Below, piece after piece: positions 36,506 through 48,849 of a stretch of 64,000 nucleotides of DNA (positions are counted from its first letter, which is position 1; the number at the start of each line of letters is the position of its first letter). The notes beneath the pieces were generated by a model, which was given only the letters and a program-made list of their open reading frames with translations, had not been told where the DNA came from and ran no database searches. The position numbers were made by a program, and so were the translations under genes. Origin of the DNA: Candidatus Latescibacterota bacterium (lineage in GTDB: Bacteria; Latescibacterota; UBA2968; UBA8231); NCBI GenBank assembly GCA_029941565.1, contig JAPYRN010000025.1, positions 6,030 to 70,029 on the forward strand, read 5' to 3'.

Positions 36506-37177
36506 GTGAGTCCTGACGTGGCGGCCGTTGCGCTTCTCAGCGGTGGCCTGGACAGTTGCGTGGCGGTTGCCATTGCGGTGCAGGCGTACGGCCCACGCAT
36601 AGCGATCCTGCATGCGGGGTATGGCCAGCGTACCGCCATGCGGGAACAGCAGGCGGCTCAGGCCATCTCCACTCACTACGGGCTGGGCACCTTTCTTGCC
36701 GTCGATTTGACGTGGCTGCGTGACATCGGTGGCTCGAGTCTGACGGATCCGTCCCAGCCTGTTCCTGGCGCCGACGACGCGGCAGCCGTACCGACGACGT
36801 ACGTCCCGTTCCGCAACGCCAGCCTGCTGGCGGCAGCCGTTGCCTGGGCCGAGGTTCTGGGTGCCGGGGAAGTCTATTGCGGCGCACATGCGGCGGATTC
36901 CGCCTACCCCGACACGCAGCCGGCATTTTTCACCGCCTTCAATGAGGTCGCACGCCAGGGTACGCCGCAGACAACCCAGATCGTCGTGCGCACCCCTCTT
37001 CTCGACCTGGACAAGGAAGCGATCGTCAGACGCGGTGACAGATTACAGGCGCCTCTGCACCTGACCTGGTCTTGTTACGAACGGCAAGACCAGCCATGCA
37101 GACGATGCCACAGTTGTCATCTTCGAGCCCGAGGTTTTGCTGCCGCGGGCATCCTCGACCCCCTGGCCTCCTACTGA
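36506..37177 (+). CDS. queC: 7-cyano-7-deazaguanine synthase
   Basis: LLSGGLDS, YGQR, TYVPFRN, YPD and TWSCY..CRRCHSC motifs. Confidence 0.95.
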   Translation: MSPDVAAVALLSGGLDSCVAVAIAVQAYGPRIAILHAGYGQRTAMREQQAAQAISTHYGLGTFLAVDLTWLRDIGGSSLTDPSQPVPGADDAAAVPTTYVPFRNASLLAAAVAWAEVLGAGEVYCGAHAADSAYPDTQPAFFTAFNEVARQGTPQTTQIVVRTPLLDLDKEAIVRRGDRLQAPLHLTWSCYERQDQPCRRCHSCHLRARGFAAAGILDPLASY

Positions 37178-37183
37178 GAGACT

Positions 37184-38770
37184 GTGCCAATGCTCATCGG
37201 TTACGTCAGTGACGAACGATACATCGCGCTACCCGACACGATTGTTGAACTCATCAACGAACAAGGCTCTGTCGAAACACGATCACGAGCCTCTGGTGCA
37301 GTCTACGCAGACCTGACTCCCGGCCCCTACGAGGTCATCCTGGCGCGCCAGGGCTACGGCTCCAAACGGGTACAGATAAACGTCATCGATGGTCGGCCAT
37401 ACCAGTTCCGACTGCTCATCGACAGTCTGCTCGGCTACGCCTGGCCACGCTGCGTGCAGGCCGGTGACCGGGCCGAGTTTCGGGTGCACAGCCACAAAGC
37501 CTACAAACTCGAACTATTCCGTTATGGCATCGAAAAAGAGTTCATCCAGACCATCGGCTGGTATGACGAACATGGCCCGCGAGCGACGGTGCAGTTGAGT
37601 CCGGACGGCGACTATACGCAGACCGGCATCCAATGGAACCGTTTCGGCTACACCAGCCCAACGCACAGACAGTATCAGACTGCGCCGGAGCGTTCGGGAT
37701 TGTACTACTTCCATGCGAGCACCGCCGACGGTGACTTCTTCTCCTTTCCATGGGTGGTCGCGCCGGCCCAACCGTCGGCGCCAATCGCCGTGCTGGCAAA
37801 CGACATGAACTGGAACGCCTACAACAATTTTGGTGGCCGCAGCAACTACATCCACCCCGACGGCTTCCCGCCTACACCTACGGTCAATGCAAGGCTTGAA
37901 TTGAATCGATACACCAACCCCGAGCATATCAATTATGACAAGGAGGAGTATGCCCCCTTGTCCTTTGATCGACCGGAGCCAATCAATCACATCCCTCTCC
38001 ATGTGCAGGCAACCGATCCGATCGAGGGCCGTGCCGCTTGCCACGTCGCCGAGGCGGAATGGCGCTATCTGGCGTGGATGGAGCGCGAAGGATTCGCTTA
38101 TGACCTGTGGTCGGAAAGTCAGCTGCACAAGGGTGCGCTGAATCTCGACGACTATCAGGTGCTGGTGATCACTACCCACCCCGAATACTGGTCGGAGGAG
38201 ATGTACTTCGGGGTGAAGAAATGGGTCTTCGAGCGTGGGGGCCGGCTGATGTATCTGGGAGGAAATGGCCTCAACTGCAAGGTCGAATTCCTCGACGACA
38301 GCACCATGAAAGTGTGGAATGGGGACGCCCGCCAGCAGCAGGCGCGAGGCGCTGAGAGTCGTTTTTCACTGTATGCGGAGTCAGAAGCCAACCTGCTTGG
38401 CGTCGTCTTCACCGAAACCGGGATCATGACGGCAGCACCGTATCAGGTCTTGGACCCGGATCACTGGACCCTTGAGGGCACCGGCATGAAGGCGGGAGAC
38501 ATCTTTGGACGCGAAAGTCTGCACATGCGGATCCCCGGTGGCGCCAGTGGGCATGAAACCGACAAGCGCTCCCCGAGTTCCCCCGCCAATACCCACGTCA
38601 TTGCACGGGGCACGAATCCGGATGAAGGGGGCGGCGAAATCGTCCACTTCGACACCCCGAGCGATGGCCAGGTCTTCTCCGTCGGATCCATCACCTGGCC
38701 CGCTTCCATTCTCGTGGACGACGTCGTCTCCCGCATGACAGCCAACGTCCTGCGACGATTCTCCCGTTGA
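37184..38770 (+). CDS. N,N-dimethylformamidase beta-subunit-like protein with an N-terminal Ig-like domain
   Basis: SGLYYFH, WNAYNNFGGRSNY, SFDRP, HPEYWS, YLGGN and GHETD motifs. Confidence 0.78.
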   Translation: MPMLIGYVSDERYIALPDTIVELINEQGSVETRSRASGAVYADLTPGPYEVILARQGYGSKRVQINVIDGRPYQFRLLIDSLLGYAWPRCVQAGDRAEFRVHSHKAYKLELFRYGIEKEFIQTIGWYDEHGPRATVQLSPDGDYTQTGIQWNRFGYTSPTHRQYQTAPERSGLYYFHASTADGDFFSFPWVVAPAQPSAPIAVLANDMNWNAYNNFGGRSNYIHPDGFPPTPTVNARLELNRYTNPEHINYDKEEYAPLSFDRPEPINHIPLHVQATDPIEGRAACHVAEAEWRYLAWMEREGFAYDLWSESQLHKGALNLDDYQVLVITTHPEYWSEEMYFGVKKWVFERGGRLMYLGGNGLNCKVEFLDDSTMKVWNGDARQQQARGAESRFSLYAESEANLLGVVFTETGIMTAAPYQVLDPDHWTLEGTGMKAGDIFGRESLHMRIPGGASGHETDKRSPSSPANTHVIARGTNPDEGGGEIVHFDTPSDGQVFSVGSITWPASILVDDVVSRMTANVLRRFSR

Positions 38771-38864
38771 ATCCGCCTCTGTGGGGCGCCCGCTTGCAGG
38801 TCGCGGCCCCAGGCCGACTTGCTCAGCCGTCGAAATCCCCTAGTTTCTGCCGTGACTATACTGT

Positions 38865-39221
38865 ATGAGCGAACCCGCTGAAGAGCTTCTCGAGACATTC
38901 CCTAACCCCAATCCGGGGCGGGATTTCACGATCGATATCGATTGTCCCGAGTTTACCTCGGTCTGTCCGAAGACGGGGCATCCCGACTTCGGCACCATTC
39001 ATGTAACCTATGTCCCCGACGAGCGCTGTATTGAGCTCAAATCTCTCAAGCTGTACCTGCAGTCGTATCGTCAGCGGGGCATCTTCTACGAAGCCGCAAC
39101 AAACGTGATTCTCGACCACCTCGTGACCATCTCAGCGCCTCGACGGATGACCGTCATTGGTGATTTTTCGGCGCGCGGAGGCATCACCACGAAGGTCACG
39201 GTCACCTACCCCGCGTCGTAA
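38865..39221 (+). CDS. queF: NADPH-dependent preQ0 reductase (short type)
   Basis: [23 protein letters not shown] and RGGI motifs. Confidence 0.96.
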   Translation: MSEPAEELLETFPNPNPGRDFTIDIDCPEFTSVCPKTGHPDFGTIHVTYVPDERCIELKSLKLYLQSYRQRGIFYEAATNVILDHLVTISAPRRMTVIGDFSARGGITTKVTVTYPAS

Positions 39222-39283
39222 GGGCGCACCGGGGATGGTGACCAGATCACAGCGGCTCCACAACACAACGATTGGAGCGTTCT

Positions 39284-40351
39284 ATGGTAGAAGAATCCAG
39301 GGATGAGGAGGAAGTCGTCGACGCTCGCGGTGACGGCAAGGAGAAGCCTTGGTATCCGTACATCACCAAGACGCAATTCGAGAAGTTCATGTCGCGCCTG
39401 CAAAGCAAGATTCCTGACGAAATCGACCGGGACTATGTGCGCGCCATTATCCGCACCCCGTCCATGATTTACCGATTCCTCCGCGGCGTCGAGGCCATGG
39501 GTCTCATCGACGCGGAGCAGCGTCCCACCGATCGTCTGCGCAGCCTCGTGGAGAAGGACACCCGCAAGCAGGCTCTGGGCGAGGTCGTGCGCGATCTCTA
39601 TCCGTCCCTGTTGCAGAAAATGCAGGAAACGGAAGGGGAGATGGCCGATCGTGACATCGTCACCTTCTTCCGTAACGAGACGGGTATGGGCAACGACTCG
39701 GCGAACAAGATGAAGAATTTCTTCAAGTATCTGCTGTCTGAGGAAGATGAGAATGCCAACAATGGCGCACCCGTTGCAGCCGCCGAAGAGGCCGGATCCG
39801 ACAAAGCAGATGAGGTCGTTGAAGACAAGGCGGAAGAGCATACCGGCGATGTTGTCGCCAGGGAAGCAGAACCGGAGGCAGAAGAGCCGGCCCCACAGGT
39901 AGAGAGAGGTCGAAGCGCGCAGACTCGCTCACAGCGTGGAGGCAATGATCGCAACGAGCGTGGTGGCAGCCCGGACCATAGCGGCCGGGGTGAGCGGGAG
40001 GACCGTCCCACTCGTGGTGATCGCGGTGGCCGGGGAGAACAACGGGAAGAGCGCCCCGAGCGTGGAGATCGCAACGATCGCGGTGGCCGGGGAGAGCGAG
40101 AGGACCGTCCTGAGCGTGGCGGTCGCGGCGGGCGGGGCGGACGTAATGATCGCAATGACCGCGAGGAGCGGGGTGAGCGCGATGCTGAGCGCGTGCCGAG
40201 CAATCGCCCCCTGACCGAGGCCCAGCAAGCCTACCTCGATACACTCAAATCGGTCCTGCGGGTCAGTGTCGATGGCGATTGGGATGACGACATGATTCGT
40301 CTCGCCTTTGATCGTCTCGAGCGACTTTTCGATCGCATCCGCCGCGGTTAG
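39284..40351 (+). CDS. DUF5343-like protein with acidic and RG/RE-rich low-complexity regions
   Basis: N-terminal PY..IPDEIDRDY..MGLID..PT; GGAG SD; long RGG/RER repeat tract; helical C-terminus. Confidence 0.75.
   Translation: MVEESRDEEEVVDARGDGKEKPWYPYITKTQFEKFMSRLQSKIPDEIDRDYVRAIIRTPSMIYRFLRGVEAMGLIDAEQRPTDRLRSLVEKDTRKQALGEVVRDLYPSLLQKMQETEGEMADRDIVTFFRNETGMGNDSANKMKNFFKYLLSEEDENANNGAPVAAAEEAGSDKADEVVEDKAEEHTGDVVAREAEPEAEEPAPQVERGRSAQTRSQRGGNDRNERGGSPDHSGRGEREDRPTRGDRGGRGEQREERPERGDRNDRGGRGEREDRPERGGRGGRGGRNDRNDREERGERDAERVPSNRPLTEAQQAYLDTLKSVLRVSVDGDWDDDMIRLAFDRLERLFDRIRRG
39940..40190 (+). repeat. Imperfect coding repeats (RGEREDRP.RG(D/G)RGG / RNDR)
   Basis: Recurrent GATCGCAAC/TGA, GGCCGGGG and GAGGACCGTCC units. 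Confidence 0.75.
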
Positions 40352-40364
40352 ACGTCGAGATAAT

Positions 40365-40406
40365 TAATAAAAACGCCCCCGCCTCTCTGCAAAAGGCGGG
40401 GGCGTT
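40365..40406 (-). terminator. Intrinsic terminator between convergent genes
   Basis: AACGCCCCCGCCT / AGGCGGGGGCGTT 13-bp stem with a U-tract on the minus strand. Confidence 0.85.
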
Positions 40407-40425
40407 AGTCTACTAACTACTCTTC

Positions 40426-41388
40426 CTACTCTTCGTACACACCCATCCGGCCAAACTTCTCCACCCGCTGATCGACGAGATCAGTCGGTGGCAGATCGCG
40501 CAACTCAGCGAGTGCTTCCTGGATATGGCGCTTGAGTCCGGCGGCGACCTCGTCGAAGTCTCGATGCGCGCCCCCGAAGGGTTCAGGCACGATGCGATCG
40601 ATAATCTTCTCCGCCAGCAGATCCTCGGCGGAGAGCTTTAACGCCTCAGCCGCCTCCTCTTTGCGATCTCGTGTGCGAAACAGAATGGTTGAACAACTCT
40701 CTGGTACAATCACCGAATAGACAGCATGCTCAAGCATGAGGATACGGTCGCCCACGGTGACACCGATAGCACCCCCGGAAAAAGCCTGGCCGATGATGGC
40801 CACGATGATCGGCACCGGCAAATGCGACATCTCGAAGAGATTACGGGCGATCGCCTCGGCCTGGCCGCGCTCCTCCGCCTCGATCCCGGGGAAGGCCCCT
40901 GATGTATCGACGAGGGTCAGGATCGGTCGATTGAATTTCGCCGCCATCTGCATCAGGCGCAGCGCCTTGCGGTATCCCTCTGGGTGCGGCATACCGAAGT
41001 TGCGCACCTTTCTTTCATTGACGTCACGTCCATTCTGGATGCCGACGACCATGATCGGATCACCCTCGAGACGCGCCGGTCCGCCGACGATCGACTTGTC
41101 GTCGCCGTAGTGCCGATCCCCATGGAGTTCGGTAAAATCGGTGAGCATTCGCTCGATGTAGTCCAGCGCGTAAGGACGTTGAGGGTGCCGAGAGATCTGC
41201 ACTCGTTGCCAGCGGGTCAGATTCGAATAGATCTCCGTACGGAGCTTCTCGACCTTCTCCTCGAGATTGTGCAATTCCCGAGTCAGATCCAAACCATCCG
41301 TCTCGGCCTGTTGCTCCAGCTCGACGATGCGCTTCTCGAGCTCGATAATGGGTCGTTCGAAATCGAGGTGGAAGCTGCTATCGTTCAT
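40426..41388 (-). CDS. accA: Acetyl-CoA carboxylase carboxyltransferase alpha subunit
   Basis: [27 protein letters not shown] and [11 protein letters not shown] motifs. Confidence 0.97.
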   Translation of the reverse strand: MNDSSFHLDFERPIIELEKRIVELEQQAETDGLDLTRELHNLEEKVEKLRTEIYSNLTRWQRVQISRHPQRPYALDYIERMLTDFTELHGDRHYGDDKSIVGGPARLEGDPIMVVGIQNGRDVNERKVRNFGMPHPEGYRKALRLMQMAAKFNRPILTLVDTSGAFPGIEAEERGQAEAIARNLFEMSHLPVPIIVAIIGQAFSGGAIGVTVGDRILMLEHAVYSVIVPESCSTILFRTRDRKEEAAEALKLSAEDLLAEKIIDRIVPEPFGGAHRDFDEVAAGLKRHIQEALAELRDLPPTDLVDQRVEKFGRMGVYEE

Positions 41389-41465
41389 CGGTTACTTTCG
41401 GTGGATGATGGGACGGTAGAGCGAAGGCCCTGCCAGCACATAGACACTGCCTCGCCTCCCCTTGT

Positions 41466-42668
41466 TCACACCAGCTTCCCCAGGGCCTCGGTAAGTCGGT
41501 CCATCGCCTGCGCAAGATTCTCCATGGAAGTGGCATACGACATACGCAGGTGCGGCTCCGTGCCGAAACCGACACCGGGAACGCAGGCGACCCGCGCCTC
41601 GTCAAGAAGATAGTCGCACAGATCGCTGCTATTTTCGATGCTCCGATCATCGACGCGTCGACCAAAATAACTCGAGACGTCCGGATACACGTAGAACGCT
41701 CCCAAAGGTAAGTCGCACTGCACACCATCGAGTCCGTTGAGGCGTTCGACCATGAAGCGACGCCGTTTGTCGTATTCGACACGCATCGTTTCCACCATAT
41801 CCTGCGGCCCATTCAAAGCTGCCACGGCGGCCTTTTGCGAGATCGACGAAGGATGTGAAATGGTCTGGCTCTGCGCCTTGTCCATCAGCGCTATGACCTC
41901 TTCAGGTCCGGCGGCATAGCCGATGCGCCACCCCGTCATGGCGTAGGTCTTCGACACGCCATTGACGATGATCGTGCGCGCCTTCAATTCGGGACTGACC
42001 TGGGCCATGGACACGTGACAGGCACCGTCATAGATCAGTTTTTCATAGATCTCGTCTCCGAGTACGTAGAGGTCATTCTCGAGAATGACCTCACCGAGAG
42101 CTTCCATCTCCTTGCGGGTATAGACCGCGCCGCTGGGGTTGGATGGGCTATTGAGCAAGACCATCCTTGTCTTCGGGGTGATTGCGGCGCGTAACTGATC
42201 TGCAGTCAGCTTCAAGCCATTCTCAGGTTTCGTCTCGACAATCACCGAGACGCCTCCGACCAGCTTGGGTTGCTCGGTAAAGGTCACCCAGTACGGTGTG
42301 GGGATGATCATTTCCTCTCCGGGATTGATCACCGCTGCCACGGCGAGGGCCAGGCAATGTTTGGCGCCATTGTTGATAACCACCTCGTCGATCCCATAAG
42401 CCAGACCGTTATCGCCGTCGAATTTGGCGCACACCGCCTCCTTCAACTCAAGGATACCAGATGGGGGGGAAGTGTACTTCGTGAACCCCTCATCGAGGGC
42501 ACGCTTGGCGGCGTCCTTGATATGCTCTGGCGTGTCGAAATCGGGCTCGCCGGCAGAGAGGGCGATCACATCGACACCCTCTCGACGCAAGGCGTTGGCC
42601 TTGGCCGTAATCGCCATGGTCGGTGACGGCGCCACCGCCTGGATGTATGCTGACAGCCGTTCGTTCAT
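41466..42668 (-). CDS. aspC: PLP-dependent class I aminotransferase (aspartate aminotransferase)
   Basis: GEPDFDTP, NSPSNPSG, DEIY and SKTYAMTGWRIG motifs. Confidence 0.92.
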   Translation of the reverse strand: MNERLSAYIQAVAPSPTMAITAKANALRREGVDVIALSAGEPDFDTPEHIKDAAKRALDEGFTKYTSPPSGILELKEAVCAKFDGDNGLAYGIDEVVINNGAKHCLALAVAAVINPGEEMIIPTPYWVTFTEQPKLVGGVSVIVETKPENGLKLTADQLRAAITPKTRMVLLNSPSNPSGAVYTRKEMEALGEVILENDLYVLGDEIYEKLIYDGACHVSMAQVSPELKARTIIVNGVSKTYAMTGWRIGYAAGPEEVIALMDKAQSQTISHPSSISQKAAVAALNGPQDMVETMRVEYDKRRRFMVERLNGLDGVQCDLPLGAFYVYPDVSSYFGRRVDDRSIENSSDLCDYLLDEARVACVPGVGFGTEPHLRMSYATSMENLAQAMDRLTEALGKLV

Positions 42669-42681
42669 AATTCTCCTCTAC

Positions 42682-43896
42682 TCATGTGGTGTATTCCGCG
42701 TTGAGGCGAACGTACTCATACGTCAAGTCGCAGGTGAAAAGCTCGATGGCAGCTGCACCAGACTTCAGATCCACGTCGATATCGACTTCTTTCGCCGCCA
42801 TAGCGTGACTGAGAACCCCGTCGTCGAAGGGGATCCCCTTCCCCTGTCCGTAGATCGGTGTACCGCAGAGCGACACCTCCACCTGGTCCTGGTCGAGATC
42901 GACGCCGGAATAACCCACGGCGCAGAGGATACGCCCCCAGTTCGGATCGTTGCCAAAGACGGCCGTCTTCACCAGGCTTGAATTGGCCACCGACAGTCCT
43001 ACCTGACGCGCTTCAGTTTCCGTGCGCCCGCCACTGACGCGGATCGAGATGAGCTTTGTCGCGCCCTCGCCATCGGCGGCCATGGCCCGTGCCATTTTTC
43101 GACAGACGTGCTCCATGGCCTGGGCCATTGTCTCGAGGGCTTGCTCCGAGAGTTCGGCTACCCCGTCGACCCCGCCCATGGCGGCGCCATTGGCCAGCAC
43201 GATCACGGAGTCACTCGTGCTCATGTCACCGTCGACAGTGCAACAGTTGAAACTGCGCCCCACGGCACGTACCAGCAACTGCTGTAGTTGACCGCTTGGT
43301 ACGGCAGCGTCCGTGGTCACCACACTGAGCATGGTCGCCATATTCGGCGCGATCATCGCCGCACCCTTGGCAACGATCCCAACGACAACTCGTGTACCGT
43401 CTAGATCGACCTCGACAGCGGCATGTTTGGCGACGGTATCCGTCGTCATCATCGCTTCCGCCGCAGCGGGGCCACCATCGGCGTGGAGTTGAGCCGCCAC
43501 CTTGGGGATGCCACTCTCTATAGCCTCCATGGGCAGGGGCACACCGATAATGCCGGTCGAGCAGACGAGCACATCTTCTGCCTGCAGACTCAGTTGTCCG
43601 GCCACGGCGGCGCACATGCGCCGCGCGTCGGCAAGACCCACATCACCATTGCAGACATTGGCGATCCCACTGTTGATGACAACCGCTCGCGCGTAGCCAT
43701 CTGCCAGATGCTGGCGGCAGACGGGAATGGGCGCTCCCTGGACGCGGTTGGTCGTGTACACGGCAGCGCCCGTAGCCGGTTGATCCGAAGCGATCAGGGC
43801 CAGGTCTTTTTTACCCGAAGGCTTGATACCGGCGACGATGCCCGCCGCCTGGAAACCTTGCGGCGACGTGACACTCCCCCCTGTGATCTCTTTCAT
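42682..43896 (-). CDS. argJ: Ornithine acetyltransferase
   Basis: MTTDT, KGAAMIAPNMATML, DGEGATK and DPNWGR motifs. Confidence 0.97.
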   Translation of the reverse strand: MKEITGGSVTSPQGFQAAGIVAGIKPSGKKDLALIASDQPATGAAVYTTNRVQGAPIPVCRQHLADGYARAVVINSGIANVCNGDVGLADARRMCAAVAGQLSLQAEDVLVCSTGIIGVPLPMEAIESGIPKVAAQLHADGGPAAAEAMMTTDTVAKHAAVEVDLDGTRVVVGIVAKGAAMIAPNMATMLSVVTTDAAVPSGQLQQLLVRAVGRSFNCCTVDGDMSTSDSVIVLANGAAMGGVDGVAELSEQALETMAQAMEHVCRKMARAMAADGEGATKLISIRVSGGRTETEARQVGLSVANSSLVKTAVFGNDPNWGRILCAVGYSGVDLDQDQVEVSLCGTPIYGQGKGIPFDDGVLSHAMAAKEVDIDVDLKSGAAAIELFTCDLTYEYVRLNAEYTT

Positions 43897-45506
43897 GCCG
43901 TTGCCGCGTGGCTTACCGGACCCGCACTCGCCTGCATGGCGTCACGCATCAGCTTGAAGTGCAGGCTGTCGGCAAGAGCGATCCAGCTTGCCTCGATGAT
44001 ATTTTCGGAGACGCCGACAGTGCCCCAGACGTCATGGCCATCAGAAGACTCGATCAGCACCCGTACCCGAGCTGCCGTACCATCGCCACTCGACAAGACA
44101 CGAACTTTGTAATCCTCCAAGCGCACCGCGCCCAGGCTGGGGAATACGGTTTCCAGCGCCTTACGCAGAGCTCGGTCCATGGCGTTTACCGGTCCATCCC
44201 CCTCACCGACAGTGTGATATGTGTTGCCATCGACCTCGACCTTGACGATCGCTTCCGCGACCTCTCCACCCTCTTCATCGGCGCTCTTGCGACTCGACAC
44301 GTGAAAGCTGAGGGGCTTGAACAGATCCTGATAGAGACCCATTGTGCGTCGGGCGAGCAACTCAAAAGAGCCCTCCGCCGCCTCGAACTGATACCCTTCG
44401 TGCTCGAGACGTTTAACCTGGCTGAGCACCTCAGAGACGACGGGATCCTTCTTTCTGAGATCCGGGAAATGCCGTTCGAGTTTGGCCACCATCGTGCTGC
44501 CGCCAGACTGATCGGAGACCAGATAACGACGCCGATTCCCCGTCGCCTGTGGATCCTCGTGCTCGTAACACCGGGGGTCTTTCGTCATGGCATCGATGTG
44601 CACGCCCCCTTTGTGAGCGTAGGCACTCTCCCCGACGAAGGGCTGACGATGGTCGTGGGCAACGTTTGCCGTCTCACTGAGGAAGCGGGAGAAATTCATC
44701 AACTCTGAGAGCTTGTCGCCGCCGATCGTCGTGCAGCCGAGCTTCAACTCAAGAACGGGAATCGCTGTGCACAGATTGGCATTGCCGCAGCGTTCGCCGT
44801 AGCCATTGAAGGTGCCCTGTACCTGTAGGGCGCCGAGTTCGACGGCGACGATCGTATTGGCCACCCCCAGACCGGAGTCGTTGTGCGCATGAATGCCGAG
44901 GGGATTATCGACGGCTTGCGCCGCAGCCGTGCATATGTGCTGGATTTCGGCGGGTAACGTGCCGCCATTCGTGTCGCAGAGGACGACGATGCGCGCACCA
45001 CCCCGTTCGGCTGCCCGCAAAGTCTCGAGGGCATACTCGGCGTCGGCTTTGAAGCCGTCGAAGAAATGCTCCGCGTCGTAGGTGACCTCACGCCCTTCAG
45101 CAACCAGATACGCCACGGAATCTTCGATGAGTGCCACATTTTCGTCGCGCGTAGACTTGAGCACCTCGGTAACGTGCAGATCCCAACTCTTGCCAAAGAT
45201 CGTGATGCTCGACGTCTCCGCCTTCAACAAGGTGTTCAGCGTCGCGTCCTCCCCTGGAGCGTTGGTCGCTCTACGCGTACTGCCAAAAGCGGTGACCGTC
45301 GCCTTCAGGTTCAGTTGCCGAACCTCACGGAAAAAAGCCAGATCTTTCGGATTTGTCGGATTCGGCCAACCCCCTTCGATGTAGTGCACACCGAGATCGT
45401 CCAAACGTCGGGCAATCTCCAGCTTGTCCTGCAGTGAGTAGGTAATGCCCTCCGCCTGCGCGCCGTCGCGCAGCGTGGAGTCATAGATCTCTACTGTACC
45501 TGCCAT
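43893..45506 (-). CDS. cimA: Citramalate synthase
   Basis: DSTLRDGAQAEG, EGGWP, GKSWDLHV, YDAEHFFDG and HKGGVH motifs. Confidence 0.92.
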   Translation of the reverse strand: MAGTVEIYDSTLRDGAQAEGITYSLQDKLEIARRLDDLGVHYIEGGWPNPTNPKDLAFFREVRQLNLKATVTAFGSTRRATNAPGEDATLNTLLKAETSSITIFGKSWDLHVTEVLKSTRDENVALIEDSVAYLVAEGREVTYDAEHFFDGFKADAEYALETLRAAERGGARIVVLCDTNGGTLPAEIQHICTAAAQAVDNPLGIHAHNDSGLGVANTIVAVELGALQVQGTFNGYGERCGNANLCTAIPVLELKLGCTTIGGDKLSELMNFSRFLSETANVAHDHRQPFVGESAYAHKGGVHIDAMTKDPRCYEHEDPQATGNRRRYLVSDQSGGSTMVAKLERHFPDLRKKDPVVSEVLSQVKRLEHEGYQFEAAEGSFELLARRTMGLYQDLFKPLSFHVSSRKSADEEGGEVAEAIVKVEVDGNTYHTVGEGDGPVNAMDRALRKALETVFPSLGAVRLEDYKVRVLSSGDGTAARVRVLIESSDGHDVWGTVGVSENIIEASWIALADSLHFKLMRDAMQASAGPVSHAATA

Positions 45507-45537
45507 GGACAAGCTCCTCACTTTGAACGACTCGGCC

Positions 45538-46599
45538 TCAGGACGAGGCCACTGTTTCGGCGACAAGATCGCCGATTTCTCTTGTTGAATACCCCATTTG
45601 CCCCGCACCCATACCCTTCATCTTCTGCAGCGTCGAAACGATGGCGTCCTCGAGAATCTTCGCTCCCTCGTGTTCGCCAAGAGTATCGATCATCAACTGA
45701 CAGGCACCGATAGCGGCCATCGGATTGATCACATTCTGACCGGTGTACTTCGGCGCCGAACCACCGATGGGTTCGAACATCGACACACCCTCAGGATTGA
45801 TGTTGCCACCGGCGGCAATTCCCATACCCCCCTGAATCATCGCCCCCAGGTCGGTGATGATGTCACCGAACATGTTGTCCGTAACCACCACGTCAAACCA
45901 CTCCGGATTTTTCACCATCCACATACAGATAGCGTCCACGTGGGCGTAGTCACGCTTGATGTCACCATAGTCGGCGTCGCCAACCTCGTGGAACGCGCGT
46001 TCCCACAGATCGAAAGCGTACGTAAGGACATTTGTCTTACCGCAGAGTGTGAGGGTGTTGTCCTTGTTGCGCCTGCGGGTGTAGTCAAAGGCATAACGCA
46101 GACAACGCTCAACTCCCTTGCGCGTATTGATCGATTCCTGCACGGCGACCTCGTCCGGCGTGCCCTTCTTCAGATTGCCACCGGCACCGGCGTATAACCC
46201 CTCGGTATTTTCACGCACGACGACAAAGTCGATATCCGCCGGCCCCTTGCCGACCAGCGGCGTCGGCACATTTGCATACAATTTGACGGGCCGCAAGTTG
46301 ATATACTGATCCAACTCGAAACGCAGACGCAGCAGGATGCCCTTTTCAAGAATGCCGGGCTTGACGTCCGGGTGGCCGATGGCTCCGAGAAAGATGGCAT
46401 CGAACTGGCGCAGTTCCTCCACTGCCGTATCAGGCAGCACTTCTCCCGTGCGCTTGTATCGTTCGCCACCGAAATCGAAGGTCTCTGTTTCATATTGAAA
46501 GCCGACCTTACCTGCGATCGCCTCCAGCACCTTCAACCCCTCCGCCACCACCTCAGGTCCCGTCCCGTCGCCGGGCAGGACTGCAATCTTGTACGTCAC
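45538..46599 (-). CDS. leuB: 3-isopropylmalate dehydrogenase
   Basis: [26 protein letters not shown] and FEPIGGSAP motifs. Confidence 0.95.
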   Translation of the reverse strand: MTYKIAVLPGDGTGPEVVAEGLKVLEAIAGKVGFQYETETFDFGGERYKRTGEVLPDTAVEELRQFDAIFLGAIGHPDVKPGILEKGILLRLRFELDQYINLRPVKLYANVPTPLVGKGPADIDFVVVRENTEGLYAGAGGNLKKGTPDEVAVQESINTRKGVERCLRYAFDYTRRRNKDNTLTLCGKTNVLTYAFDLWERAFHEVGDADYGDIKRDYAHVDAICMWMVKNPEWFDVVVTDNMFGDIITDLGAMIQGGMGIAAGGNINPEGVSMFEPIGGSAPKYTGQNVINPMAAIGACQLMIDTLGEHEGAKILEDAIVSTLQKMKGMGAGQMGYSTREIGDLVAETVASS

Positions 46600-46612
46600 G
46601 TGGATTCCTTTC

Positions 46613-47218
46613 TCAGAAACCGTTGATGTAAGGCAAGCGGGAGGCTGCGGCCTCGATGGCAGAAGGCTCGTCCATCAACTGTCCGAGGGCGTCCCAGCTC
46701 CCCTCCAGCAACTGTTGGCGAGAACTGGCAGGCACAACCGCTGGGATGTGATCGCTGCCGAAATGCACCTGCTGAGCGGCGATGTCACAGTCCACCTCGA
46801 GTGTCGGATCTGCCTCGATTGCGGCCATCAGTCTGTCGACGTCCGCCGCCTCAGCTTTCATACAAGGCAAGCCGAGAGAGACGCAATTGCCGAAGAAGAT
46901 CTCGGCAAAAGACTCGGCAACGAAGACCTGAATCCCCCAACGCAGAAGTGCCTGAGGGGCATGCTCACGCGACGAGCCACAGCCGAAGTTCTCATTCGCC
47001 AACAGCACCGTGGCGCCCGCATAGTTGGCGTCATCGAAGACGTGGCTGCTACTGGCGCGATCATCTTCGAAAACATGCTCACCGAGGCCGTCGAATGTGA
47101 CCGTTCGCAGATACCGGGCCGGGATGATGCGATCCGTGTCGATGTCGTCGCCTCGCACAGGTACGACGCGGCCGGAGATCCGACTGCGAATGCTCGAGGC
47201 GGGGTTATCTGTCGTCAT
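46613..47218 (-). CDS. leuD: 3-isopropylmalate dehydratase small subunit
   Basis: IDTDRIIPAR and NFGCGSSREHA motifs. Confidence 0.97.
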   Translation of the reverse strand: MTTDNPASSIRSRISGRVVPVRGDDIDTDRIIPARYLRTVTFDGLGEHVFEDDRASSSHVFDDANYAGATVLLANENFGCGSSREHAPQALLRWGIQVFVAESFAEIFFGNCVSLGLPCMKAEAADVDRLMAAIEADPTLEVDCDIAAQQVHFGSDHIPAVVPASSRQQLLEGSWDALGQLMDEPSAIEAAASRLPYINGF

Positions 47219-47237
47219 TTTCGTCCTCTGTTCCGTC

Positions 47238-48638
<1,401 letters not shown>

Positions 48639-48849
48639 CTCTCCTGTCTCTTCTCGAAAATTCGTCCAGATCTGCCAAGCGAAGGCGAGCGCAGGATCCG
48701 ATCCATAGAATCGCTTGCGATTCCCGATTGGTAGCGCCGGAAAACCGGCATCTTCAGACCCCACCGGTTGCGCCCACCATCAACTGATTTCCCGTAGGAA
48801 TCGCGCAGCGCTTCCAAACGGACGACGCTGGACGACAGTCGACTCTGGA

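Noticed and set aside
36407-36889. 161-aa N-terminal extension of IspH in the ORF track
   Set aside because: Overlaps queC on the opposite strand; IspH homology and the promoter support a start at 36406.
48639-48849. Possible second leader or attenuator between ilvC and leuC
   Set aside because: No Leu-rich short ORF or terminator found.
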